Counted from the stretch's first letter, positions 7,838 to 17,943 are shown. The stretch is 64,000 nucleotides of DNA from Clostridiales bacterium (GCA_015056205.1 SVGS01000016.1:2174-66173); one strand, 5' to 3'. Notes: generated by a model not told the origin, from the sequence alone. A program made the numbers and translations.

Positions 7838-8254
7838 ATGATCGGCAAGAACATACAGACTTATCGGAAACAGATGAACATGACACAGGAAGCGCTGGCC
7901 GAGCTCGCGAGGGTTGCCCGGCAGACCATCGTCAAATGGGAATCCGGCGAGAGCACACCGGATCTGGAAACGGCCGGGCGGATCGCAGACGTGCTCCGGA
8001 TCTCGCTGGATGACCTGGTGAATACCCAGGAGGGGGAGGTTGAGAGCGACCGGAGCATGAAGGGCAAGCATCTATTTGGCCTGGTGACGGTCGGCGACAA
8101 GGGTCAGATCGTGATCCCCGCCCGGGCGAGAAAGGTATTCAACCTTCAGCCGGGGGATCAGCTGATGGTGCTGGGAGACGAGAACCAGGGACTGGCGCTT
8201 GTGAACGCGCAGTTATTTATCAGAGCAGCGGAGGAAATGAAAAATGGCAGATGA
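7838..8254 (+). CDS. XRE-family HTH fused to an AbrB/SpoVT-type DNA-binding domain
   Basis: N-terminal HTH (MTQEALAELARVARQTIVKWESGESTP). C-terminal swapped-hairpin motif (VTVGDKGQIVIPARARKVFNLQPGDQLMVL). The start was moved from the track's 7616 to the RBS-backed ATG 7838. Confidence 0.85.
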   Translation: MIGKNIQTYRKQMNMTQEALAELARVARQTIVKWESGESTPDLETAGRIADVLRISLDDLVNTQEGEVESDRSMKGKHLFGLVTVGDKGQIVIPARARKVFNLQPGDQLMVLGDENQGLALVNAQLFIRAAEEMKNGR

Positions 8255-9095
8255 TCAGGGAATCCTGCTTTCCGTACGGAAGCTGGCAAAAACATATCCG
8301 AAATTCCGGCTGAAGGAGATCTCCTTTGACCTGCGGGAAGGGATGATCACCGGGTTTATCGGCCGCAACGGGGCCGGAAAGACAACAACGATCAATTCCA
8401 TCCTGACTTTTGTGCAGCCGGACAGCGGGGAGGTGCTGTACCGCGGCACGCTGCTCGGAGAGGATGAACAGAACATCCGGAGAAAGATCGGCTTTGTTTC
8501 CGCGGGTATGACATATTATACCCGGAAAAAGCTGAAGGTGATCACCGGTGTGACGAAAAGCTTCTATCCGGAATGGGACGATGCCGCATATGAAAAGTAT
8601 ATGCGGGCATTCGGCCTGGAAGAGGACAAGACCCCGGCGGAGCTTTCCAACGGTATGAAGATCAAATACGCGCTGGCGCTGGCGCTGAGCCACGGGGCGG
8701 AACTGTTCATCCTGGACGAACCGACCAGCGGGTTGGATCCCGTGAGCCGGGAGGAGCTTGTGGAAGTCTTCCTCCGGCTGAAGGATGAAAGGAAAACAAT
8801 CCTTTTTTCCACGCATATCACGTCCGACCTGGAGAAGTGTGCCGACCGCATCCTTTTTCTCCAGCAGGGGGAACTGAAGGCGGATGACGATCTTGAGAGC
8901 TTCCGGAGGAGCTACCGGATCCTGGAGACGGCGCAGGTCTCCCCGGAGCTTGAGGCGGCGGCCAGGGGAAAGTGCAGGACGAAGGACGGCTATACGGTCC
9001 TTCTGGCCGGGGAGGACGGCCGGTTCGCGGAAACCCGGGAGGCTTCCCTGGAAGAGATCATGATCCACCTGGAGAAGGAGGCGGAGGAAAAATGA
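8244..9095 (+). CDS. ABC transporter ATP-binding protein
   Basis: Walker A GRNGAGKTT, signature LSNGMK, Walker B LFILDEPTSGLD. Overlaps the upstream gene by 11 nt. Confidence 0.92.
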   Translation: MADDQGILLSVRKLAKTYPKFRLKEISFDLREGMITGFIGRNGAGKTTTINSILTFVQPDSGEVLYRGTLLGEDEQNIRRKIGFVSAGMTYYTRKKLKVITGVTKSFYPEWDDAAYEKYMRAFGLEEDKTPAELSNGMKIKYALALALSHGAELFILDEPTSGLDPVSREELVEVFLRLKDERKTILFSTHITSDLEKCADRILFLQQGELKADDDLESFRRSYRILETAQVSPELEAAARGKCRTKDGYTVLLAGEDGRFAETREASLEEIMIHLEKEAEEK

Positions 9096-9742
9096 AACTG
9101 CTGATGAAGGAATGGAAGCTGTGCATGCATCCCTTCGGTTACATCGCGCCGCTGCTTTCCATGCTGGTGCTGGTGCCGGGGTATCCTTACGGCGTCTGCT
9201 GCTTCTATATGGCGCTGGCGATCTACTTCATCTGCCTTACGGCGCGGGAGAACCATGACGCCGCCTATACCCTGACGCTGCCTATCACGCGGCGGGAAGC
9301 CGTACAGGCCCGGATCCTGTTCAGCGCGCTGCTGGAGATCCTGCAGATGGTGTTCATGGGCCTGTTTATGCTGCTCAAGAAAGCGATCCTGGACGCGCCG
9401 AATCCCGCCGGCCTGAACGCGGGACTGGCGATGATCGGGGAAGGATTCCTGATCTTTGCGCTGTTCAACATGATCTTTTTCCCGGCATACTACAGGGACA
9501 TCAATAAGCCGGGCCGGGCGTTCGTCTTCGGGATGACGGCAGTCTTCCTCTGGATCGCGCTGGAGATCATTGCGACCTATACGGTTCCGTTCGTACAGTT
9601 TGTGCTGGACCGGCCGGATCCGGAATATATGGGAGAAAAGGGCCTGTTCACCCTGGGCGCGGCCGCGCTCTTCGCGTCGGGCACATATATGGCTGAGATC
9701 AGGAGCGCCAGGAGCTTTGAAAAGCTGGACCTGTCCCTGTAA
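9092..9742 (+). CDS. ABC-2 type transporter permease
   Basis: About 216 aa and multi-TM, starting MKLLMKEWKLCMHPF. ATGA overlap with the ATPase stop. Confidence 0.8.
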   Translation: MKLLMKEWKLCMHPFGYIAPLLSMLVLVPGYPYGVCCFYMALAIYFICLTARENHDAAYTLTLPITRREAVQARILFSALLEILQMVFMGLFMLLKKAILDAPNPAGLNAGLAMIGEGFLIFALFNMIFFPAYYRDINKPGRAFVFGMTAVFLWIALEIIATYTVPFVQFVLDRPDPEYMGEKGLFTLGAAALFASGTYMAEIRSARSFEKLDLSL

Positions 9743-9926
9743 GGACAGATCCAGCCGGGAAGAAACGGGTCTCGGGAACCCGGGCGGACAGGCGGGACTA
9801 TGTAAATGATCCTTTTCGCATGATACACATTACCTGCCCGGTGGAAGTCCTGAGGGAAAGAGACCGGGCGCCGGCGTTACCCCGGCTGAAAACAAAGATG
9901 CTGAAGAAATCAGGGAGGCAGACTGT

Positions 9927-10982
9927 ATGAAGAAATCCCGTCCTGTTCCATTCCGGTTTGTGCAGATCCTGGCAGTACTGGCCGTCATGTTTCTGGTTGT
10001 TTCGGCTGCGGCCGCGGAATCTGAATTTGAGCCCTGCTTCTGTTTCGATTCCGGTCTGAACGCACGGAAGAAGGCGCCCACGAACGCGCGTTTCCTGACG
10101 GAGGGCGCGTATACCCTCACGCCGCTGGATCCGAAGAAGGCGGATAAATACGGAGTGGATCCGGAATATATGCCGGACACAAAGGGAATGGATACCCTGA
10201 ACATTTCCGGCAGCGCGGAGTTTTCCGGGGATCAGTTCCGCGAACTGGCAAAGAGGCTCCGCGAACTGGCGAACGGAAAGGAGATCTATATCGTCGACTG
10301 CCGGATCGAGGATCACGCACTGCTAAACGGGATTTCCGTTTCCTGGTACGGCAAAAGGAACTGGGCCAACAAGGGCAAGACGCTGGCGGAAGCGGAGGAG
10401 GACGAACGCGCCCGCTTCGGAGCGCTGGAAGGATCCGTCGTTACCGTATACACGGTTTCGGGCGATACCCTGGGGAAATCTGTCGAGATGGAAGTCACGT
10501 CCGTGATGTTCGAAAAGGAATTGGTGGAAAACGAAGGCTTCCACTATCTCCGCCTCCCCTGCCTGGACCATAGCTGGCCGGATGAAGAAGCAGTGGATCA
10601 GTTTATCGGTTTTGTGCAGACCATCGATCCGGACCGGAGCTGGCTGCACTTCCACTGCCACGCCGGAAAAGGCCGGACCGCAATCTTCATGGCCATCTAC
10701 GATATGATGAAAAACCCGGACGTTGCGTTTGAAGATATCATGCTCCGCCAGGCCATGACCGGCGGCAGCTATCTGCCTTATGCCGATCCGGAAAGCGACA
10801 TCGCCGAGGTGCACGCAAAGCGGGCGAAGCGTATCCGGCAGATTTATGATTACCTGCAGGAAATGAACGGCAGTTATACGACGCCATGGAGCGAGTGGAT
10901 CGCAAATCAGGAAGCAGGTCAGGGAATGGGGAAACAACCAGGGAATTCTGTGAGCTATCAAAGCCATTTACTTCATGCCTGA
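9927..10982 (+). CDS. Secreted protein-tyrosine-phosphatase-like phytase (inositol polyphosphate phosphatase)
   Basis: Signal peptide, P-loop HCHAGKGRT (CX5R[ST]) and an upstream general-acid-like loop LDHSWPDEE. Confidence 0.8.
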   Translation: MKKSRPVPFRFVQILAVLAVMFLVVSAAAAESEFEPCFCFDSGLNARKKAPTNARFLTEGAYTLTPLDPKKADKYGVDPEYMPDTKGMDTLNISGSAEFSGDQFRELAKRLRELANGKEIYIVDCRIEDHALLNGISVSWYGKRNWANKGKTLAEAEEDERARFGALEGSVVTVYTVSGDTLGKSVEMEVTSVMFEKELVENEGFHYLRLPCLDHSWPDEEAVDQFIGFVQTIDPDRSWLHFHCHAGKGRTAIFMAIYDMMKNPDVAFEDIMLRQAMTGGSYLPYADPESDIAEVHAKRAKRIRQIYDYLQEMNGSYTTPWSEWIANQEAGQGMGKQPGNSVSYQSHLLHA

Positions 10983-11149
10983 AACCGTGTAAAATAAGAG
11001 CTGGAAAAATTATGCAGAAAGCCGGCTTCTTCCCCGCTGTGAACCGGGTCAGGGCGATGACAGGCGAGGAAAAACCGGCTGAGTTCATCAGAAAGAATAT
11101 GTTTTGCTGTGAAAAAAAACGCAGCCTGTCAGAGAAAGCGAGGAAAGAA

Positions 11150-11941
11150 ATGAGCTATTGGATTGTTTTCCTGGTCAGCATGGCCGCCTGTTCAGTCGGT
11201 TTCCGCATGTATATCTGGTTTTTCTCCGTCGGTTTCGGACTGGCCATCTCCGCCATCAGCGCGGCCCTGATGATCGCGTACCACGGGTCGATGGGCGCGG
11301 CGGAATGGATCGCCTGCCTGCTGCTGTTCTTCTACGGACTCCGCCTGTCCGGTTACCTGTTCCTCCGGGAAAGGAAGAGCGCTGCCTATCGCACGGTGCT
11401 GAATCCCGAAATGGAGCGCAGTAAAAAAATGCCCATGATTGCGAAGGTTTCGATCTGGGTTTCCTGCGGCTTCCTGTATACCCTGATGACCATTCCGCTC
11501 TATTTCCGGCTGGAGAACCACGCCGCGCCGGATCCCGCCCTCTGGATCGGCGTCGTCATCATGGCCGCCGGAATCCTTCTGGAGCTGGTTGCGGACATGC
11601 AGAAAAGCGCCGCCAAAAAGAAGAACAGCCGCCGTTTCGTGGATACGGGCCTGTACGGGGTGGTCCGCTGCCCGAATTACCTTGGCGAACTGCTCCTCTG
11701 GCTGGGTGTTTTCATCACCGGCATTCCCGCTCTGCGGGGCGTCTGGCAGTGGGTGCTTGCGATCCTCGGCTTTGTCCTGATCACCTGGGTCATGTTCAGC
11801 GGTGCGCGCCGGCTGGAAATCCGCCAGGACAGGAATTACGGCAGCGATCCGGCGTATCAGGAATACGTCCGGACTGTTCCCATCATCATTCCGTTCATCC
11901 CGCTGTACAGTGTGAAAAAATACAAATTCCTGGTCGCCTGA
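11150..11941 (+). CDS. DUF1295 / steroid-5-alpha-reductase-like integral membrane protein
   Basis: Multi-TM protein with the motif VRCPNYLGELLLWLG. GAGGAAAG RBS before ATG 11150; the track start at 10886 is unsupported. Confidence 0.75.
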   Translation: MSYWIVFLVSMAACSVGFRMYIWFFSVGFGLAISAISAALMIAYHGSMGAAEWIACLLLFFYGLRLSGYLFLRERKSAAYRTVLNPEMERSKKMPMIAKVSIWVSCGFLYTLMTIPLYFRLENHAAPDPALWIGVVIMAAGILLELVADMQKSAAKKKNSRRFVDTGLYGVVRCPNYLGELLLWLGVFITGIPALRGVWQWVLAILGFVLITWVMFSGARRLEIRQDRNYGSDPAYQEYVRTVPIIIPFIPLYSVKKYKFLVA

Positions 11942-11948
11942 CCTGCCG

Positions 11949-11977
11949 CCCGCGCCTCCATGGCGCGGGTTTTTTTT
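11949..11977 (+). terminator. Rho-independent terminator
   Basis: Stem cccgcgcc (11949-11956), loop tccat, stem ggcgcggg (11962-11969), then T8 (11970-11977). Confidence 0.85.
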
Positions 11978-12012
11978 CAGGCGAAGGCGTCACAGGCGGT
12001 TTCCGCAGCCGG

Positions 12013-14325
12013 TCAGCCGCAGGTCAGTTCTGTGCTCAGGTGATCCGGCCCTTCCGCGTAAACCTTTATTTCCCCGTTGCCGATACGCTGAATGTAGGCC
12101 GTCAGATGACCGTCCTTCACCGTACAGCACGGGCTGTGCGGATCGATCTCACGCATAAAGTCGCCATGATCCAGGCCGATCAGCCTGCCGTTCCCCTCCA
12201 CCCTGATCCGAATCTCAGGGCTGGTATGCACCCAGGGCTGCCGATACGCATCCAGCAGCCAGCAATCCACCTGCATCAGGCCGTCATCCATCGCCGGATC
12301 GCAGGAAAGCGTCAGCTGTTCCGGCTTTTCGCTGGTTTTCAGGACGGTTTCTATGACCTTCTGTCCGTTTTTCCAGCCTTCCGCCCGAAGCGTCCCCCGG
12401 CGGTAACGGACATACATATGGATCATGCGGTCGGGAGACCCGGAACGGCCCGTGCGAACAAAATCATCGTTCTGATACAGGCGAACCTCATCGCAGTTTG
12501 TCATGGCAACCACATGAAGAATACGGTCCTGCGGGGGGTAATTCCAGTGCCCTGTTACATTGGGGAACCCCCACATACTGCTGGCGCCGTCCCAGGGAAC
12601 CTGCTCGCCGTCCATGACGCCGAGCCTGAGCACCGGCTCCTTCAGCCATTGGGAGGCAAGATGCCATGCCCGCAGCTTCCAGGTGCCTGTGCTGTCGATC
12701 GGGCAGCCGGTCCAGCCCTTGCAGGGGTAGCCGGTGGATTCTCCCAGATAATCCACGCCGGCCCACACAAAGCCTCCGCAGACATACGGGCGTTCATCCA
12801 CATCCTTCCAGGGAGAAACAGCGGCAACCCCGGTGGCGGTCAGTTCTTCATGGCGGTAATAGCTGAACACTTCCGTGCCGATGATTGCCTTTTTCATTCC
12901 GGCTTCACGGAACGCGGTATAGTAATTCTCCATGTAATTGCCACAGAAAACGTCCACAATTTCAGAGTACCGGAGGGCGGCGCCAACCTTCTTCTCCAGC
13001 GGCGTTGCGTCACTGTAATCCCCTCCGCAGAAGCCAACAAGCACTTCCGTCACAGGGCGTGTGGGATCCAGCGCTTTACATGCCGCGATCATGATTTTCA
13101 GCTGCTCGTAGAAATAATCTGAAAACTGGACCTCAATCTCATTTCCGAGGCTCCACAAGATGACGGAGGGATGATTTCTGTCGCGCAGCACCATGGCTCT
13201 CAGATCATCCCGCCAGTCCTCTTCGAACAAATCGCCGAAGTACAGCTTACTTTTGCACCATTTGTCATAGACTTCATCTATCACCAGAAGCCCAAGCTCG
13301 TCGCACAGTTCATACATCGCCTCGTCATGAGGATTATGGCTGCACCGGATCGCGTTGCAGCCCATTTTCTTCAGCGCGGTCAGCCGGCGGCGAAGCACAG
13401 CCTTCGGAACCGCCGCGCCGAAGCAGACGCCTCCGTCATGATGCAGGTCGGCGCCGTACATTTTCATATTCCGTCCGTTGAGCGTAAACCCCGTATCCCC
13501 GTCAAAAGCAAAACTGCGGAAGCCGACGCTTTCCGAAACTCGGTCCACGCCATATTCGCTGCGCAGCGATACATCCAGGTGATACAGGCGCGGCGTTTCC
13601 ACATCCCAGCGCAGCACATGAGCGATCTCAAAAGGGACCGTCACGGTGCGGCTGCCTGCTTTCAGCCGCATTTCCGTTTTCGCCTGCCAAACCTGCTCGC
13701 CGGCCGCATCCTTCAGGGAAAGAGAGAGGCAGCTGCCGCTCTCCGTTTCGGCGGTATTCACACATCCGACTTCAATCTGCCCGTGTACGGCGTCGCCGTC
13801 CAGCTCATATTTTACGAAAACACTCCAGGGCGCAATATGAACTTTCTCATCCACCAGCAGCGACGCCATGCGGCACAGTCCGGCGCCGCTGTACCAGCGA
13901 TCCCCCAGATTCTTTTCACGATTGACCCGGATGGCCAGAATATTGCCCCGGCCGTACCGGAGCTGTGAATCGAGCGCGGTCAGGGTGGGAACATAACCGT
14001 AGCGATGGCCGCCGACACGCACTCCGTTCAGATAAATATCATAGAATCGCTGGCAGCCGTCCAGTTTCAGGCAGACACACCTGCCCAGCCAGTTCATCGG
14101 CGCGTCGAACCGCAGACGGTACCACCCTGTTTCATTGCGGGGATAATATCCCTGCGACCAGCCCATCTCCATGTCCGGATCCCGCTTTTCTGAAATCTGC
14201 CAGTCATGAGGCAAGGTGACCGGGATAAAGCCATGATCATCGTAATCAACGCGTTCAGCGCCTTCACAGCTTCCCTTGGCAAACAGCCATCCGTCCCTGA
14301 GCGGGATTTGATCCTGAAAGTGCAT
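12013..14325 (-). CDS. Glycoside hydrolase family 2 (beta-galactosidase/beta-glucuronidase-like)
   Basis: 770 aa with a GH2-type TIM-barrel region, including NHPSVILWSLGNE. No signal peptide. Confidence 0.88.
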   Translation of the reverse strand: MHFQDQIPLRDGWLFAKGSCEGAERVDYDDHGFIPVTLPHDWQISEKRDPDMEMGWSQGYYPRNETGWYRLRFDAPMNWLGRCVCLKLDGCQRFYDIYLNGVRVGGHRYGYVPTLTALDSQLRYGRGNILAIRVNREKNLGDRWYSGAGLCRMASLLVDEKVHIAPWSVFVKYELDGDAVHGQIEVGCVNTAETESGSCLSLSLKDAAGEQVWQAKTEMRLKAGSRTVTVPFEIAHVLRWDVETPRLYHLDVSLRSEYGVDRVSESVGFRSFAFDGDTGFTLNGRNMKMYGADLHHDGGVCFGAAVPKAVLRRRLTALKKMGCNAIRCSHNPHDEAMYELCDELGLLVIDEVYDKWCKSKLYFGDLFEEDWRDDLRAMVLRDRNHPSVILWSLGNEIEVQFSDYFYEQLKIMIAACKALDPTRPVTEVLVGFCGGDYSDATPLEKKVGAALRYSEIVDVFCGNYMENYYTAFREAGMKKAIIGTEVFSYYRHEELTATGVAAVSPWKDVDERPYVCGGFVWAGVDYLGESTGYPCKGWTGCPIDSTGTWKLRAWHLASQWLKEPVLRLGVMDGEQVPWDGASSMWGFPNVTGHWNYPPQDRILHVVAMTNCDEVRLYQNDDFVRTGRSGSPDRMIHMYVRYRRGTLRAEGWKNGQKVIETVLKTSEKPEQLTLSCDPAMDDGLMQVDCWLLDAYRQPWVHTSPEIRIRVEGNGRLIGLDHGDFMREIDPHSPCCTVKDGHLTAYIQRIGNGEIKVYAEGPDHLSTELTCG

Positions 14326-14447
14326 AGGTCATCCTCCCCTGATTCTGTTTTTCGTTCAGCGGCAGGGCCGGTTCATCGTTCCCCTATTCCGCCCTTCTTT
14401 ATCCCGGACCCGGATCATAGCATGGATAGTCTTCATCTTCCCAATCA

Positions 14448-15878
14448 TTATTCATCCGGAATCAGGCGGATATCGGGCTTCCAGTTTTTCATGGCCCGGC
14501 GCCCCTCCGCTGTGACCGGACGGATCCATTTTCCCCGGAACAGGTGCACCTGCATCATCACATAGCGGATCGGCTCATCCGCGTAGCAGAGCGCAAACAC
14601 GGCCAGCGTCGGCCATTTCAGAACCAGGCCGGATACGCAGACGCAGGGGATGACCATCACCCACATGAATACGATTTCCAGCACCGTTCCGTACGTAGCG
14701 TCGCCCGCAGCCCGGAATGTATCGTTGTGCGTCCAGTTTCCCATCCGGATGAATGCGGCTGCCGCATAGATGCACAGCATGCCGAAGGCAAGCCGGAAGC
14801 TTTCGCCCTTCATTCCCATAACGGACAAAATCGGCTGATGCAGCGCGATCAGCGCCACCCCGAGAAGACCGATGATTCCCTGGCACAGATAGATCAGCCG
14901 CCAGGCCCGCGCATAGGCGACATCCGGCTTTCCCGCGCCGACAACCGTTCCCACCAGCACGGAGGAGGCATTCGAGAATCCCGCGAAGAAGCCGATGACC
15001 AGGCCTTCCAAAGTACGGAATACGGCCAGCGCGGCAATGGCTTCCTCCGGCTGTCTGCCCAGCACGATGTTGATGACCATGTTGCCCACGCCGACCAGCA
15101 CTTCATTGCAGATGATCGGAAAGCATTTCTTCATATAGGCGCGGACGAGTATTCTGTCCCAGCGGAAATGCTTCCGGAATGCCAGCAGGTAGGGATGGCC
15201 CTTTCGCTGTGCCGCGACGATGACCACCGTGATGCTGACCAGCTGGGAGATGACCGTTGCCAGCGCCGCGCCGCGGACTCCCATCTTCGGCGCGCCCAGG
15301 TTGCCGAAGATCAGCACCCAGTTCAGCAGGATATTGGCAAGCACCCCGCAGACGGAACCGTACAGCGGCAGCCGCACCTGGCCCGTGCAGCGCAGCAGGG
15401 CGGCCATGGCCATGGAAAACACCATCAGCGGATAGGCAAAACCCGCAATACGGAGGTATTCCGTTCCGATCACCCGGATTGAATCCTTGTCCGTATACAG
15501 CCGCATGACGGCTTCCGGAAAACAGACGGCCATCAGGCCGAAAAGGATTCCCACCGTCATCATACAGGTCAGGGTCAGCCCGTAGGAACGGTTGATTCCG
15601 TCTTCATCCTTCGCGCCGAAGAACTGGGAGAAGAACAGCATACCGCCGCCGACAAAACCCCAGTATCCGGAAAACATCAGGGAGGAGAACTGGGCGCACA
15701 GGCCGACGGCGCCGACCTCCGCCTGCCCCAGGGAGGCGATCATCATGGTATCCACCATGGATCCGGTGGTGGTCAGCAGGTTCTGAAGGGCGACCGGAAT
15801 CGCGATCAACGCGATTTTCCTCAGGAAAGGCCGCCATGGATAACCGGTTCGGCGCATCGGGACATCCTCTGCTTTCAT
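14448..15878 (-). CDS. MATE family efflux transporter
   Basis: 476 aa, about 12 TM, with a typical MatE N-terminus (ALIAIPVALQNLLTTTGSMVDTMMIASLG). Its start codon shares one base with the upstream stop (TGATG). Confidence 0.9.
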   Translation of the reverse strand: MKAEDVPMRRTGYPWRPFLRKIALIAIPVALQNLLTTTGSMVDTMMIASLGQAEVGAVGLCAQFSSLMFSGYWGFVGGGMLFFSQFFGAKDEDGINRSYGLTLTCMMTVGILFGLMAVCFPEAVMRLYTDKDSIRVIGTEYLRIAGFAYPLMVFSMAMAALLRCTGQVRLPLYGSVCGVLANILLNWVLIFGNLGAPKMGVRGAALATVISQLVSITVVIVAAQRKGHPYLLAFRKHFRWDRILVRAYMKKCFPIICNEVLVGVGNMVINIVLGRQPEEAIAALAVFRTLEGLVIGFFAGFSNASSVLVGTVVGAGKPDVAYARAWRLIYLCQGIIGLLGVALIALHQPILSVMGMKGESFRLAFGMLCIYAAAAFIRMGNWTHNDTFRAAGDATYGTVLEIVFMWVMVIPCVCVSGLVLKWPTLAVFALCYADEPIRYVMMQVHLFRGKWIRPVTAEGRRAMKNWKPDIRLIPDE

Positions 15879-17806
15879 CAGTACAGGCTGTTGATATAAT
15901 TCGTCAGCGCTTCCCGGTCATAGAGGTGATCATAAGTTCGGATGACATAATCCGGTTCCACGCCCGGATCCACATCGTAGTACGCGCCGTTGATCATGAA
16001 GGAGATGCGCAGCGGCCCGGAGACAGAGAAGGAGGTTCCCCAGGCCGTGGTCAAGGGAAGAACCACGCAGCTGCCGCCGCGGGATTTGCTGCCGAGCAGT
16101 TTGACATTGCCGTCCATCTTGAAAGCCCACGGAACCAGGTTGCCGCAGGAGAAGGAGACCGGGGAGATCAGGCAGTAAAGGTTCAGCCCGCGCCCCGCCA
16201 GCGTATCCTGCTCATCAAACTCCCGGTCCAGATTGACATCCGCCCGGAAGACCGTGGTTGTTTCCGCCCCGCTGAAGGAATCCTTAACGGACAGCTTGGC
16301 ATCCCCAAGGAACCAGCACAGCAGGTAGACCGCCGCGGCCGCGGCGCCGCCGGTATTACAGCTCAGATCCAGCACGACGTTTTCAACAGGGCTGTTTTCC
16401 CGGGTGATCTGCCGGTGCGCATGGATGATCTGGCCGCAGGTATCGATTGCGGAAACGTGCGCTTCCGGATCGCCGTAATAGTCCGCGCCGGTGTATTGGA
16501 AGGTGTCCATCGTGACATAAGCAGTGTTTCCCACCTCATAATAGCCGGTGCCGGAGCCTTCCGTCATGGCGGGATACTGCTTACGGAGAGCGGTCAGCTT
16601 TTCCTGCAGGTTCAGGAAGGCGGCGTTGGAATAGCCCCTGCTGATCGCGGCGGTTGGCTTTTCCAGCAGGAAAGAGTCTCCGTAGTAAGTGGAATGGCCG
16701 TCGTCCAGCCACAGGCTCACCATGTCGCGAATCGCCTGGTCCGCTTTGACAGTATCCTCCCCCATCAGAGCCTCATACATGCCGGTTTCGAGAAAAAACA
16801 TCATGAAACTGTCGATATCGTGGGTTTCCCTGAGACCGTACAGGTGATCCAGCTCCATGGCCAGCTCCCGCACGGCAAAATCCCGCAGGGGCAGGCTGCG
16901 GCCGCCTTTTTCGCCGGCCAGATAGGTGTTCAGGAGGGACGGCTCCGCCAGCTTCTTCTCAACCATCTGCATCACCTGCACCATCACGGCCGCCTGGTTC
17001 TGTTCTGTATCAGCGCCGGAATCTGAATACACACCGCTTTCCGTCAGCTCCGCAAACACACTCATCAGGGCTGTGTTCCTGGCAACGGTTTCATTCATAG
17101 AATCCACATGGGCCAGGATCAGATTCTTCCCGTTGAAGAACAGACCCAGCCCCCGGTTGTTCAGGAAGAAAGCGGACAGCGTCTGGGCAGGGACCAGGTA
17201 CAGGCCGTCCTGCGCCAGCATCGGAATACCGTATTCCTTCAGGTCAAGCATGACCGGCTCGCCCTTGCGCTCGCGCGCGCTGACGCTGGTCAGCAGATAC
17301 GGACGGCCTTCCTTATCCGTTTTGTAGACGCTGCCGAGCACACCCAGATAATCCAGCTCTTTGCTGAAGTTCAGGAAACCATAATATTCCGGCCAGACGA
17401 TCCGGCTGTTTTCAAAGTTGAAGACCGTCGTGCTGCCGTTTTCCCGGGTGAACATGACAATGCCGGTATCCGGATTCACTTCCGCCGTGATCTGATAATC
17501 CGCATCCATGTTCACCCAGAGATAGTTCATGAACGCCATGAAATCTTTCAGATCCATGAAAGGAAGATCGTCCACCCCGTCCGCGAAGTACAGCGGGAAT
17601 TCCCCGGGCCAGAGGAAATCAAGGCTCGCCAGGTAAAAAGGGTAATCCTTTCGGACGAGCTGATGCTCCGCGCCGGTTTCCCACCGGGACGGAAGGACTT
17701 CTGTCTTTTCCGTTTCTTCAGCCAAAGATCCGTATACCGGGCACATCAGCGACAGTATCAGCAGGAAGGCGATCAGCTTCTTCACATCCATATCTCCTTG
17801 TTTCAC
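15878..17806 (-). CDS. Secreted S41-like peptidase family protein
   Basis: Signal peptide (KKLIAFLLILSLMCPVYGSLAEE). VVLDLSCNTGG resembles the S41 DLRxNxGG motif. The likely true start is GTG 17785, 8 nt after AAGGAG; 17806 and 17791 are alternatives. Confidence 0.65.
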   Translation of the reverse strand: MKQGDMDVKKLIAFLLILSLMCPVYGSLAEETEKTEVLPSRWETGAEHQLVRKDYPFYLASLDFLWPGEFPLYFADGVDDLPFMDLKDFMAFMNYLWVNMDADYQITAEVNPDTGIVMFTRENGSTTVFNFENSRIVWPEYYGFLNFSKELDYLGVLGSVYKTDKEGRPYLLTSVSARERKGEPVMLDLKEYGIPMLAQDGLYLVPAQTLSAFFLNNRGLGLFFNGKNLILAHVDSMNETVARNTALMSVFAELTESGVYSDSGADTEQNQAAVMVQVMQMVEKKLAEPSLLNTYLAGEKGGRSLPLRDFAVRELAMELDHLYGLRETHDIDSFMMFFLETGMYEALMGEDTVKADQAIRDMVSLWLDDGHSTYYGDSFLLEKPTAAISRGYSNAAFLNLQEKLTALRKQYPAMTEGSGTGYYEVGNTAYVTMDTFQYTGADYYGDPEAHVSAIDTCGQIIHAHRQITRENSPVENVVLDLSCNTGGAAAAAVYLLCWFLGDAKLSVKDSFSGAETTTVFRADVNLDREFDEQDTLAGRGLNLYCLISPVSFSCGNLVPWAFKMDGNVKLLGSKSRGGSCVVLPLTTAWGTSFSVSGPLRISFMINGAYYDVDPGVEPDYVIRTYDHLYDREALTNYINSLY

Positions 17807-17914
17807 TTTTCGGTGTTACCGGCCTCTATTATATAACAAAGCGCTGCTCCGCACAATAACGATTCCGGGCGGGAATCAGGCATTACGCCTCCGGCCTTTT
17901 CCGATCCCAAAAGG

Positions 17915-17943
17915 TTGATCTCTACTTCGCACGAGGTTATAAT
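17915..17943 (+). promoter_or_regulatory. SigA-type promoter
   Basis: TTGATC (17915-17920), 17-nt spacer, TATAAT (17938-17943), about 85 nt upstream of the CDS. Confidence 0.6.

Noticed and set aside
9830-9926. Two hairpins (gcccggt…accgggc, gccgg…ccggc) upstream of the phytase gene as a possible riboswitch
   Set aside because: I recognise no conserved riboswitch core and there is no terminator or anti-terminator arrangement. It could simply be GC-rich leader structure.
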